DNA from: an uncultured Candidatus Saccharibacteria bacterium
GTDB lineage: Bacteria > Patescibacteriota > Minisyncoccia > Sungbacterales > SURF-37
Reading direction: 5' to 3'
DNA length: 32,463 nucleotides
Assembly: GCA_964361655.1 (NCBI GenBank)
Contig: CAYIBD010000004.1
Coordinates: forward strand, 1-32,463
Each line of letters begins with the position of its first letter. Position 1 is the stretch's first letter. The notes beneath the pieces are model-generated. The model did not search any database, was not told the DNA's origin, and saw only the letters and a program-made list of their open reading frames with translations. The position numbers and the translations under genes were made by a program. Below, in pieces: positions 18,429 to 27,480 of the stretch.

Positions 18429-19394
18429 CTACGGCTGCAGGATGTCCTCGGTGCGGCCGTCTATGGAGATTACGACATCGCGGATACTCGGAAACTGCCT
18501 TAACGTTTCGATGATTTGGGCGCGGATTGCAGCCACGCGGCAGGAGCCGCCAACGTCACGATCAAGCGCCGCAGTGAAATCAACGCGCGCAATGCCCCGC
18601 TCGATCGCCAGGTGCTGTAGCGCAACACCGGCGTTCAACGTCGTGAAGTAGCCGGCCTTGATCTCGGAACCGGTTGGACCGATCAGGAGTTCTTGGAGTG
18701 CCGTGCGGGCCACGGCTTGCGACTTCGGCACCTCGCGATTCACGGGGAAGACCGTGGCGCAATCGGCTGCGCCGGAGCTTAGCCGTTGGTTCCCGAAAAA
18801 GATTCTGATGGTTATGGTTTCGCCGGCAGCCGGAGGGAGGCGGAGGGAGACCGGAAACGTCATCTCATCCTCATGCTCGGCCAGACCGGATGGATTTGAT
18901 TTCTTGAGGATGAGCATTCCCCTATCCGTGGTTGGCGGGTCGGCGTAAAGAGTGGCCCGGAACGGCACGAAATCCGGGGTCATCCACTCTCCCTCGGCAA
19001 AGGCGCTCGCCCACCCGAGCCCGTTGCCAAAGGCATCCACCAGCCGGATGGGAAATTCGGCTTCAAAATACCATGTTCCCCGCGCCTCACCCTCAATGAC
19101 GACCGGACTTTCGACCGTCTGATAGGGCTGAAGGTTTTTGATTCGAACCAGATCGCTCTTCTCGCGGAAGGTGCCGATCTCTTCCCGGAAGACCCGGCGG
19201 CCGGCCCAGCACTGCCGGGGGTAGGACTCTCCGACCGGAAACCCCAGCCGGATACAATCAGCAAAGCTCTCCACCCGCCGCGCCTTTTGCCAGTCGAAGT
19301 TGAGGCACCAGCTGGCATTGCAACCCAAGAGCAGCCAGCCAGCGCTAGCGATGCCGATCACGGCCAGGCCAAGAGCGATCGAACGGCGAGACAT
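18429..19394 (-). CDS. Secreted Gmad2 (Ig-like) + GerMN domain protein
   Basis: SFADC...GESYPRQC module, GEARGTWYFEAEFP (Gmad2), GGSCRVAAIRAQIIETLRQFPSIRDVVISIDG (GerMN). Confidence 0.9.
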   Translation of the reverse strand: MSRRSIALGLAVIGIASAGWLLLGCNASWCLNFDWQKARRVESFADCIRLGFPVGESYPRQCWAGRRVFREEIGTFREKSDLVRIKNLQPYQTVESPVVIEGEARGTWYFEAEFPIRLVDAFGNGLGWASAFAEGEWMTPDFVPFRATLYADPPTTDRGMLILKKSNPSGLAEHEDEMTFPVSLRLPPAAGETITIRIFFGNQRLSSGAADCATVFPVNREVPKSQAVARTALQELLIGPTGSEIKAGYFTTLNAGVALQHLAIERGIARVDFTAALDRDVGGSCRVAAIRAQIIETLRQFPSIRDVVISIDGRTEDILQP

Positions 19395-19413
19395 GGATCC
19401 TGTTAGATTTGGC

Positions 19414-19597
19414 AGCGTTGTTTACAAGGTGATGGATAAGGGGTATCGCACCGGGCACACGGGCTCTCGCTACGCGAAAATCCCCAGCGAGGATTTTCGC
19501 TGCACTTCGGCCTCGCTCGCCTCGGTTGCGCCTCGGCACCATGCCCGCTCGGCCTCAGATGCCGCTCGCAGCCCGTGTGCCCGGTGTAAACAATGCT
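19414..19597. repeat. Composite nested palindromic element
   Basis: Perfect 17-bp IR 19449-19465/19570-19586; alternative outer IR AGCGTTGTTTACA(19414-19426)/TGTAAACAATGCT(19585-19597); inner hairpins. Confidence 0.8.
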
Positions 19598-19619
19598 CGT
19601 ATTTCTTACAGATTACGAT

Positions 19620-20159
19620 TTACAATGCGTCGAGCCACCAGAAGAGGTGGCGCTTCAGGAAGATCCAGGTGGGGAATTCGGTGAAGTGCATGATGTATTC
19701 TTGGGCGATCTTCGGGATGGCGGCGACAGCGAGGAGGATGGTAATCCCCTTCCAACTGTCTAGCCGGAGCCGCGGGGCTACGGTTTTGGCTCCGGCGACG
19801 AGGAGGTAGAAGTTCTCAAACACGTTAGGGGCAAAGAAGATCATCTGGCGGCTTCCGGTGAGCTCGAAGGTGAGAACCCCGAGGAGCCGCCAGAAAAAGA
19901 GGATGCCCGCGACTCGTCGGAGGGATTTCTCTTGCCAGAGGTCTTGGGCCACGATGAGTGCGATCGCCAGGTAGTAAAGATCGAAGATTTTGTCAAAGGC
20001 GTGGTACCGCGCCGCGGTTCCGAATCCCCACCCGAGGGCATCCATGATCGGTACGTCGGCGGCGTCAGCGGCAATCGCAAGCAGCATCCCCCCGAACGGC
20101 CACCGGAGGATGGCAAGCGGTACTACCAGCCGAATCGCGAAAATCAGTGCGGGAGCCAT
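19620..20159 (-). CDS. Conserved membrane protein (hypothetical)
   Basis: Multiple TM segments; D..D, YHAFDKIFD, PNVFENF and KIAQEY motifs. Confidence 0.8.
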   Translation of the reverse strand: MAPALIFAIRLVVPLAILRWPFGGMLLAIAADAADVPIMDALGWGFGTAARYHAFDKIFDLYYLAIALIVAQDLWQEKSLRRVAGILFFWRLLGVLTFELTGSRQMIFFAPNVFENFYLLVAGAKTVAPRLRLDSWKGITILLAVAAIPKIAQEYIMHFTEFPTWIFLKRHLFWWLDAL

Positions 20160-20165
20160 TCGCAC

Positions 20166-20354
20166 CTAGCGCCGCAGCTGCCAGGCGGCGTAGGCGAGGT
20201 AGCCGGCGATGATGAGGCCCGCCCAGGAAAACCACATCGGCACAATGCGGCCCGCGATCGTCACCTCCCAGCCGTAGAGAATGCGGACGAGGTGGAGGAG
20301 TGCGATGAGGCCGAAGAGCACTCCCGCGATGCTCTGAAATGCTGGCTGTTGCAT
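20166..20354 (-). CDS. Small two-TM membrane protein
   Basis: FGLIALLHLVRILYGW...PMWFSW; tightly packed with its neighbours. Confidence 0.75.
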   Translation of the reverse strand: MQQPAFQSIAGVLFGLIALLHLVRILYGWEVTIAGRIVPMWFSWAGLIIAGYLAYAAWQLRR

Positions 20355-20361
20355 ATGCCTA

Positions 20362-21261
20362 TCATACTACGGCCTCGGGAGTCCTGGAATCACTGCCGAC
20401 TCCACCGAGGGCGCAGGCGTTATATTGTCCGACGGCGTCGTTGTAGCGTTCGACCAGGCGCCTCGTTTCATCAACCAGGGCGTTATACTGGACTAGAAGC
20501 GCGTTATAGGCCTCTACGTTCTTGCGGTAGGCCGGACCTCGCTTCGGCCGGCTCGCCTCGATGTCCCGGCGCCGCCTGTCCAGTTCCTCTATAAGGCCAT
20601 TCAATCGCGCCTGATTGGCTTCGATCGCGAGGTGCAGGTTTGCGTCCGGCTCGGGGCAGGCCGAGCGCGGCAGGCCAAAGATTTGTACGGCAAGCCACGT
20701 CGGCTTGCCCTCGAAAACCCCCTGCCCCACGGCGATGCCAATTTCCTGATAGCGGACGTCGAGGATGTTCGCACGGTGGCCCGGGCTCTCCATCCAGGCG
20801 CGGACGAGTGCTTGGCTGTTTTCGAAGTTCCCGAGCGCAAGGTTTTCGCCGATCATGATGAAGGCATAGCCGGCCTCGGCCGCGAGGTCGGCCGCATCTT
20901 CACCGCTGGGAGAAACATGGGCGAAGTACTGGCGATCGAACATATCCCTCACTTTTGCTGCGGCAGCCGCGTTGAGTTCGTTACTCTCCGCGAGCGGCGG
21001 AAGCCCGAGTTCGATGCGTTCGGCATTGGCGGCCGCCATGACACCCGACCGCGTGAGGAAAGAATGCGCGGCATCCGTTCTCGCACGGATCGGTTCCGGA
21101 GCGACGACCGCTCGTGCGATTTCTTCAAAAAGCGATTCGCCCGTTCGCGCCGGAATTTCGGCAAGCCCCCTTTGGAGGAGCGGGATTTCGTTGCGGAAGT
21201 AGAAAACGACCGCGGCGGCGATGCCGATGGCGAGAACGAGGAGCTTCAGGGGTTTCCCCAT
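20362..21261 (-). CDS. CAP (SCP/YkwD-like) domain protein with C-terminal coiled coil
   Basis: YFAHVSPSG, GENLA, WMESPGHRANIL, EIGIAV. Confidence 0.93.
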   Translation of the reverse strand: MGKPLKLLVLAIGIAAAVVFYFRNEIPLLQRGLAEIPARTGESLFEEIARAVVAPEPIRARTDAAHSFLTRSGVMAAANAERIELGLPPLAESNELNAAAAAKVRDMFDRQYFAHVSPSGEDAADLAAEAGYAFIMIGENLALGNFENSQALVRAWMESPGHRANILDVRYQEIGIAVGQGVFEGKPTWLAVQIFGLPRSACPEPDANLHLAIEANQARLNGLIEELDRRRRDIEASRPKRGPAYRKNVEAYNALLVQYNALVDETRRLVERYNDAVGQYNACALGGVGSDSRTPEAVV

Positions 21262-21302
21262 GGCGGCGTCGGGGGGCTGGCGGGCGAGCTACCCCGCGAA
21301 AG

Positions 21303-21731
21303 CTACGTCCAGGAAGCAAGGATCACGCCCATCGCAAGGAGGGAGAAGAGCTGGTAGCCGTTATTGAGGACCCAGAGCTTCCAGGACTTGCCTTCCCAGA
21401 GGACGATGCTGAGCGAGACCGGGGCGATGAAGCCGAGCCAGTTCCAGAAGCCGGCGGTGAGCCCGGCCTGGGCTCCTTCTACGTTGAGGTAGGCGCTGGC
21501 GAAGATGAGTGAGTGCGCCAGGACATAGGCCATGACGAGCGAGCCCAAGAAGGCGAAGAAGTAGGGCTTCTTTCCCTGTTGCTTCATGGCCTCGATCTTC
21601 TCGGGCGCCCACCCCATGAGAGCCGCCCACTGCTTCCCGAAGAGCGAGCCATACCACAGAGACCCGATGACCATGCTCGCCGCCGCTGCCGCAATCACCG
21701 CAAGGTAGTTGATGGGTACAGGTACTGACAT
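21303..21731 (-). CDS. DUF1761 family membrane protein
   Basis: INYLAVIAAA...GSLWYG.LFGKQW, WLGF, NNGYQL. Confidence 0.88.
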   Translation of the reverse strand: MSVPVPINYLAVIAAAAASMVIGSLWYGSLFGKQWAALMGWAPEKIEAMKQQGKKPYFFAFLGSLVMAYVLAHSLIFASAYLNVEGAQAGLTAGFWNWLGFIAPVSLSIVLWEGKSWKLWVLNNGYQLFSLLAMGVILASWT

Positions 21732-21753
21732 ACGTTTGTTTATACTCGGAAAT

Positions 21754-22362
21754 TTAGGGAGTTTTGACCTTTTGTGATTTCTGACTTATCTCGGCTGCCC
21801 GACCCATGAGCCACGAGGCGAGCCAGCTGTTCTTGGACAGAGTCAGGCCTAACAGGATGACGGCGATGACGAAACTCACGGCGTAGTAGACGCCGCTTCG
21901 GAACAGGAACCCGCCAAAGAAGAAAAAGAGAAACGTCCCTGGCAGGTTGCCGAGGAGGGACGAGAGGAAGAACCGCGCCGCACTGATGTTGAGGAGACCA
22001 GCGGCGTAGGAGAGGTAGTCAAATACGGCATTGGTGGGGAGCCGGAGGAGGACAAGGGCCCAAAAGGTTTTGGTTCTGCCGAGGGCGGCTTCCCATTCGG
22101 TGATTTTTTCGAGTGACGTGATGCGTCTGACAACCGGCTCGCGGAAGCGTCGGGCGATCCAGAATGAAACCATTGCTCCCAACATGAGGCCGGCCTCGCC
22201 CAGGATAAAGGCCTTGACCCAGCCGAAGGCCGCAATGCCGGCGATGTCAATGAACACACCCGGGATAGGCGGGATGATGATGGCGAGCGAGCGGATGATA
22301 ATAAAGAGGCCCGGTGCTGCGACCGGATAGCTTGAGAGGAATGCGGGGAGGGTCTCCAGCAT
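21754..22362 (-). CDS. TVP38/TMEM64 (VTT/DedA superfamily) membrane protein
   Basis: PPIPG, AFGW, F.IARRF, LLRL, D.LSYAAGL, SSLLG.LPGT. Confidence 0.9.
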   Translation of the reverse strand: MLETLPAFLSSYPVAAPGLFIIIRSLAIIIPPIPGVFIDIAGIAAFGWVKAFILGEAGLMLGAMVSFWIARRFREPVVRRITSLEKITEWEAALGRTKTFWALVLLRLPTNAVFDYLSYAAGLLNISAARFFLSSLLGNLPGTFLFFFFGGFLFRSGVYYAVSFVIAVILLGLTLSKNSWLASWLMGRAAEISQKSQKVKTP

Positions 22363-22369
22363 CGGTTGG

Positions 22370-23377
22370 TTACTGACCGAGAATCTCGTTCAAGAGCTCC
22401 CGGGTTCTGGGGCCAACGATGCCGGTCGCGGGGATGCCGTTTGCCGCCTGGAAGTTCGCCACCGCCTGCTTCGTGATGTTCCCGTAGTATCCCGTTACCG
22501 ACCCCGCGTCGGGGATTCCCCAGCCGTACGTGTGCAGGAACTCCTGGAGGATGAGGATTTCATTTCCGCGCATGCCGGGTTCAAGGTCGTGCGTGATTAG
22601 CCCGGCTGTGGGCTGACGAGACGGTGGGGGTGGCGGCGCCGGCAATGGGAGCTCCTGCGGCGACGGAGGCGGAGGGGCGGGCGCCCCCCCAAGCAGCGCA
22701 TTGATGAGGGTGCGGGCTTCTAGACCGACGATGCCGGTCGCCGCCAGCCCCTGGGAACTCTGGAAATTCATTACTGCCTTTTTGGTGACCGTTCCGAAAT
22801 AGCCGGTGACCGGCCCATTGTCGGGTATGCCCCAATTATGCTTTTGGAGAAATTCCTGAAGGGTTGTGACTTCTCCGCCTGACATCCCTTGGGCGAGCTC
22901 CTGGGTAAGCTTCGTGATGACGCCTCCGTGAGCCACGGGCGGCGCTGCTGGCGGCGGCACATTCTTTGCGGGCGGAGGCGGTCCGGTAGCTCGCGTGGTG
23001 GGAGGTGCGGGCGGGGGGATAGTACCGGTGCGGATGGAGAGATCTTTGACAAGTGCGGCGTCAATCCACCCTGTCTTGTTGTAGGTGGGTTTACCTTGCA
23101 CTTCCAGGAGGTGTCCGACGAGGATTTCCTCGAGCTGGATCGGGAGCCCGCCGGCGGACTCGACCTTCACGTACTGGTCAATGGGGATCGTCCATGTCTG
23201 GCCCCAGACATTCACGCTATAGAGATTGAGGGCGTGCTTGGTAACCACCGCCGCGTTCAGGAGGCGGACTTCGCCCGTTGCGGAGATATGAAGCTCCTGG
23301 CCGACGCTGGCGCGAGCGGTGAAGGCGCTTGCGAGGAACATTGCAAGAAAGAGGAAGGAGGTGTGGCGGCGTTTCAT
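22370..23377 (-). CDS. Secreted protein with two peptidoglycan-binding domains and Pro-rich linkers
   Basis: Signal peptide; duplicated LQEFL...WGIPD.G.VTGY.G..TK.AV.NFQ...G..ATGIVG...R modules. Confidence 0.9.
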   Translation of the reverse strand: MKRRHTSFLFLAMFLASAFTARASVGQELHISATGEVRLLNAAVVTKHALNLYSVNVWGQTWTIPIDQYVKVESAGGLPIQLEEILVGHLLEVQGKPTYNKTGWIDAALVKDLSIRTGTIPPPAPPTTRATGPPPPAKNVPPPAAPPVAHGGVITKLTQELAQGMSGGEVTTLQEFLQKHNWGIPDNGPVTGYFGTVTKKAVMNFQSSQGLAATGIVGLEARTLINALLGGAPAPPPPSPQELPLPAPPPPPSRQPTAGLITHDLEPGMRGNEILILQEFLHTYGWGIPDAGSVTGYYGNITKQAVANFQAANGIPATGIVGPRTRELLNEILGQ

Positions 23378-23402
23378 AGCGGTATTCGTGGGGAGCATCA
23401 TA

Positions 23403-24590
23403 CTACGCTTTACCGGCCGGAGGAAAGGGGCTCCTCATCGCGAGCCGCCGGAGGGCGCGGTCTTTGATCTTTGGCTCCCAGCGGGTGCGGCGGACTGCGG
23501 ATTCGAGGATGGCGATGGTTTTATCGTAGGTCATACGGTCAATGGGGTAGGGCGTGGCGTCTTTTCCGCCATGGGCAAAGGAGTAGCGGGCCGGATCTTC
23601 GTAGGAGGGTGCGGCGCCATAGATGACCTCGCCGACGAGGGCCAAGGCCCGCACGGTTTTCGGCCCCACGCCTTCCATGGCCACCAGTTCCTCGTAGGTG
23701 CGCGGCCGGATGCTCGTGACTCTGGCGAGAATTTTTTCGAGGTATTGGCTTTTTGAGAAATCTTCGTGAACAACCGGATGGCTCCTGAATTCAACATCCT
23801 CCAGCTTGAGCAGGGTCAGTTGCTCGCCGCTGCCACGGTGTTTGAGGGCGAGGACTTTAGATAGCGACGAGGAGTGTCGGCGCAGGATTTCAATATCCCT
23901 CATCAGCGAGCCGTAGCTCGAGTTCGCCATTTCTATTGAGAGGTCGCGTGTCGGGTCGCTTTCTCGGGCGACGAGATTCAGCACCGTGTCGTGTCGGGCT
24001 TGGGCGGCAATGCCGGTATGCGGCTCACAGACAAGGTCTTTGGCGTTCTCCGAGAACCAATGGTAACGCCGCGCCGTGCCGGCATCGGTATTCATTCCCT
24101 GCTGGACCACGGCCCAGGCGCCGTTTTCGGAAAAGAAAAAGATATGGTGATAGAGCTGGTAGCCGTCCTGGACAAGGCTGGAATCAACTTTAGCGCTCAT
24201 CTTGGAGTTGTAGACCAGGGCCTGGGTCTTGGCCTCACCGAGATCGAGCCGCCTCCCCCACTCCGTAATTTGGTCCGGCGTTTTTCGAGATGTCTTGCCC
24301 TTGCCGCCGGCAATGAAAATGCCGAGCGCCCGTTCCTCGCCCCGGACGGCTTCTTTCAAGGCCGCGGTCAGGATGGTGGTCAAGCCGCTTGCGTTCCAAT
24401 CGAATGCGAGCACCGTCCCGAGCGATTGGAACCATACTGGATCAGCGATGCGCTTGACAAACTCATCCGGCCCATACTCCTCAATGAGGATGCGAGTCAT
24501 GTCGCGGCCGAGCGTTACCATGCGGGAAAACAGCCACTTGGGGCAGCGGCCGGTATCGAGCGTCATGGTGGCGATACCGCGATGGATCAC
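23403..24590 (-). CDS. DUF763 domain protein
   Basis: DP.WFQSLG.VLAFDW.ASG.TT, AGGKGKTS, AKVDSS.VQDGY.LYHH, GVGPKTVRAL HhH, SFAHGGKD. GTG start lies 6 nt after TATACT. Confidence 0.92.
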   Translation of the reverse strand: MIHRGIATMTLDTGRCPKWLFSRMVTLGRDMTRILIEEYGPDEFVKRIADPVWFQSLGTVLAFDWNASGLTTILTAALKEAVRGEERALGIFIAGGKGKTSRKTPDQITEWGRRLDLGEAKTQALVYNSKMSAKVDSSLVQDGYQLYHHIFFFSENGAWAVVQQGMNTDAGTARRYHWFSENAKDLVCEPHTGIAAQARHDTVLNLVARESDPTRDLSIEMANSSYGSLMRDIEILRRHSSSLSKVLALKHRGSGEQLTLLKLEDVEFRSHPVVHEDFSKSQYLEKILARVTSIRPRTYEELVAMEGVGPKTVRALALVGEVIYGAAPSYEDPARYSFAHGGKDATPYPIDRMTYDKTIAILESAVRRTRWEPKIKDRALRRLAMRSPFPPAGKA

Positions 24591-24720
24591 GGACAAAGTA
24601 TACAAAAAAATCGCCTTGGCGGCTATTATTTCGATAGCGGAGCGCTGGTGCTCAATATGCCGGCGGAGCGTAGACGGTGAAAGAGCGGAGGGGTTCTTCT
24701 CGTCTCGTCCTCGCCCCAGT

Positions 24721-25005
24721 CTATGGAGCTATCCGCCCGAACCACCGCTTCAGGAGGTGCTCCTGATATATTTTTCGCCACCAGTATTTTCCTTGCCCGA
24801 AGCCGGCCAGCGCTCCGGCAAAGAAGAGAAGGATCGATCCGACGTGGTGGATGATATACCACTGCGCCCACGATAGCCCCAAGCTGTAAGCCGGGAAGTC
24901 CTTGAGCAGGAGTCCGATGTACCAAATTTCAAGCCCAGCGTGCAGCAGGAACTGGAGGAGGATCCCCAGCAGGGTAAAGGCGGTGAGGTAAATGGTGCGC
25001 TTCAT
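24721..25005 (-). CDS. Small membrane protein (hypothetical)
   Basis: ATGA overlap with the upstream gene; hydrophobic segments; G.YWW..IY tail. Confidence 0.75.
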   Translation of the reverse strand: MKRTIYLTAFTLLGILLQFLLHAGLEIWYIGLLLKDFPAYSLGLSWAQWYIIHHVGSILLFFAGALAGFGQGKYWWRKIYQEHLLKRWFGRIAP

Positions 25006-25385
25006 GCGCTCCGGCGCCGTCGTTCTTTCGTCCGTACGGCGGCCTCGTCCAAGCCGAAATGGTGTGCAATCTCGTGCCACACCGTGTCGCGGACAAGCTT
25101 ACGGATTTCTCCGGGCGACCGGGCATATTCGAGAATCGGCTTCCGGAAAATGGTGATCTTGTCCGGCAAAACCCAGTAGTAGTGGTTCCCGCGCCTTGTC
25201 TGCGGAATGCCTTCGTAGAGGCCAAAGAGAGTGTGATCGCGCCGCAGCCGGAGCTTTCGCCGCTGTTCCTCGGTCGGTTCTTCCTCAATAACAATGCCGA
25301 CGTTCTTCAAGCGTCGCAAAAACTTCTCCGGGATCTCGGCCAGCCCCGCCTCGACCAATGTTTTAAATTCCGACCGGCTTACCAT
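25002..25385 (-). CDS. Zinicin-like minimal metallopeptidase (DUF1025)
   Basis: LFGLYEGIP, PDKITIFRKPI, HEIAHHFG HExxH motif. Confidence 0.93.
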   Translation of the reverse strand: MVSRSEFKTLVEAGLAEIPEKFLRRLKNVGIVIEEEPTEEQRRKLRLRRDHTLFGLYEGIPQTRRGNHYYWVLPDKITIFRKPILEYARSPGEIRKLVRDTVWHEIAHHFGLDEAAVRTKERRRRSA

Positions 25386-25435
25386 CGGCGAGTGATTATG
25401 AGTCTCTCATAGAGATGAACCCCGGTGCTACATGT

Positions 25436-26344
25436 TCATCGCCATTCCAAAATGCTGGGATAGGAACTCGGCCGTTCGAGTTCGCGGCGGAGGGTTGCCG
25501 GATCCACGCCGAGGATATGCATCTTGGCTGGGTCAATCGGTCCCCAGCCCATGCCATCGAGGTGCACCAGGTAGCCGATGTCATGGGGCTCAAGGCCCAT
25601 CAGCCAGACCGCGAGGGCGTCTGCAGCCACGGGGCTCAATGAAGCAATGACCCAGCCGAGGTCAATGGTTCTGCCCGCGGCCGGTCCGTTGCCTTCCATA
25701 GCTTGAGTGCCGTCGATGACGGCAAGCTGGGCGGGGTGCTCGGCATAGACATCCGCCAGGGATCGGTGCGCGGGTTTGTATCCGGTATGGAGCCACGGCC
25801 AGCGGGCATGGATCCCAAACGGCGAGCGCTGCACGATCTGCGAGCCGACGATATGGGTTTTGATTGAAAGCGAGACGGTATAATAGGAATGCATTTTTGC
25901 GGGCACCACCGCGATGTTGAAGTCGGATTCGGCAACAGTTTTTGAAAACGACAGCGGCCGCTTCTCCATGCTGGCCGTATAGGCGAAAGACGGGATCGTC
26001 TCGTCGTCGTTCAGGTCAATGAGCCGGATACTGCCGGATCGCCGCAGGCTGTCGTAGCCGAGCTTGGTGAAGGCCTTTTTGGTGCCATGGAACGCGGCGT
26101 CCCCGACCAAAATTTCATCCCCGCGGAGGAGCGAGAGGTGATCTATCACGCCACGCACGGCCTCCACGTCGGTACAGGCCGCGCTTCGGAAATGGGTCAC
26201 CAGGTTCGGGTGGACGAAGATGCGCCGCGCCGCTCGGATGCGTTGGGTAAAATCATCACCCAGTCTTGAAATCGCCTCGCGTACCATCTCGCGGCGATCG
26301 TGGCCGGTGACGATAATGACCGAGTTTGCGGCCGGCATTGCCAT
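25436..26344 (-). CDS. DUF362 domain protein (no C-terminal ferredoxin domain)
   Basis: FVHPNLV, P.KMH...VSLSIK, VIDG..AMEGNGP, S.SPVAADA; start placed after TGGTATACT (26358-26366). Confidence 0.85.
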   Translation of the reverse strand: MAMPAANSVIIVTGHDRREMVREAISRLGDDFTQRIRAARRIFVHPNLVTHFRSAACTDVEAVRGVIDHLSLLRGDEILVGDAAFHGTKKAFTKLGYDSLRRSGSIRLIDLNDDETIPSFAYTASMEKRPLSFSKTVAESDFNIAVVPAKMHSYYTVSLSIKTHIVGSQIVQRSPFGIHARWPWLHTGYKPAHRSLADVYAEHPAQLAVIDGTQAMEGNGPAAGRTIDLGWVIASLSPVAADALAVWLMGLEPHDIGYLVHLDGMGWGPIDPAKMHILGVDPATLRRELERPSSYPSILEWR

Positions 26345-26417
26345 GGTCAGTGAAGGGAGTATACCATGCCGGGCATTGGCCGCAGGAGCCACAGAAGGTA
26401 ATCGGGGCTGATCTTTT

Positions 26418-26459
26418 ATCCCGCACCTTCCCAGAATACCCCGCAGGAAGGTGCGGGAT
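26418..26459. repeat. 42-bp palindromic element with 14-bp arms and TT flanks
   Basis: ATCCCGCACCTTCC/GGAAGGTGCGGGAT. Confidence 0.75.
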
Positions 26460-26493
26460 TTATTCTGCGCGGCCCCTCTAACCCAGCAACGGC

Positions 26494-27477
26494 TTATTGG
26501 CCGTAGCGAATCCGCAGATCTTCGATCACCTGGCGGAGCTGGAACGTGCGCTCGGAGAGTTCGGCCTGCCGCGAAAAGGTGCGAAAAGAGAGAAGGTCTT
26601 GAGCGCTGGCTTTTGCCAGTGTTTTATCGATGAGATCCGAAAACTTGCTGATGTCGCTAAAAGCGGCCTCGGAGCGCTTGAGCTCGGCCGGGGATATGTT
26701 TTGGGGCACGGAATTGATGGCCGCCAGAGCGCTTATCTTTCTTACGATGGCTAAGAGCAATGGCAGGCCCGGACCGGCCTTGTCCCATGCCGCTTCGAGT
26801 TCCACGTAGCTCGGATCGTCAAGTCCGGTGATTTTCTTTTTGAAGAGCGCATCCCCCAGCGACTGCATACGCGGGACGGTTGCTTCCCACACTGCTCGGA
26901 CCGCGCCGGCCGTTGGCGTAGGCGGCGGCCTCACCTGACCCGGCCTGGTCGGCTGGGGCTCGGGCTGGATGATGGTGATGAATTTTTTCATCTCGGCCCG
27001 ATAGTCGCTAGCGGTCTTAAAGAACTCGGCCTTGGGTTCGGTATCAGCGAACGCGGAGATGTTCAACTCCAGGAATTGCTCAAAGGTTTGCGAGATCCCG
27101 GCCATGGCCGGCGGCGGATCGAGCAAGGCCAGCTCGGTCTTGACCCGCTCGGCCAGCGTCCGCTGTTTCCGGATTGCTTCGAGCGCTCCGGCATAATCGG
27201 CCCCATCTTTCAGCGTGGTCTCATTGTAGGCCCGGCCTTGGGCCATGGCCCGATCGTATAGGCCAAGGATAGAGCGCGCGTAAATGGTCGGCCGGTAGAT
27301 TTGGAAATAGTAAAAACTGCCGCCGGCCACGCCAAGAACGGCCATGGTCAAGACGCCGATGACAGTGGTTTTTATCCAGCTTCTATGTTGGCGGGGCGGC
27401 AAGCCGGTTCCGGTTCCGGCTCGCATAAGGTCCTGTGCCATGGCCCGGAAATCTGGGTCGAGGGGCTTCTCCTCCAT
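26494..27477 (-). CDS. Hypothetical membrane-anchored alpha-helical protein
   Basis: 327-aa ORF, single TM near the N-terminus, 3 nt downstream of the preceding gene. Confidence 0.8.
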   Translation of the reverse strand: MEEKPLDPDFRAMAQDLMRAGTGTGLPPRQHRSWIKTTVIGVLTMAVLGVAGGSFYYFQIYRPTIYARSILGLYDRAMAQGRAYNETTLKDGADYAGALEAIRKQRTLAERVKTELALLDPPPAMAGISQTFEQFLELNISAFADTEPKAEFFKTASDYRAEMKKFITIIQPEPQPTRPGQVRPPPTPTAGAVRAVWEATVPRMQSLGDALFKKKITGLDDPSYVELEAAWDKAGPGLPLLLAIVRKISALAAINSVPQNISPAELKRSEAAFSDISKFSDLIDKTLAKASAQDLLSFRTFSRQAELSERTFQLRQVIEDLRIRYGQ

Positions 27478-27480
27478 GGA

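Noticed and set aside
19300-19809. 169-aa plus ORF spanning the 19.4-19.6 kb palindrome
   Set aside because: Overlaps two minus-strand genes; Ser/Ala/Arg-rich translation of a GC-rich hairpin.
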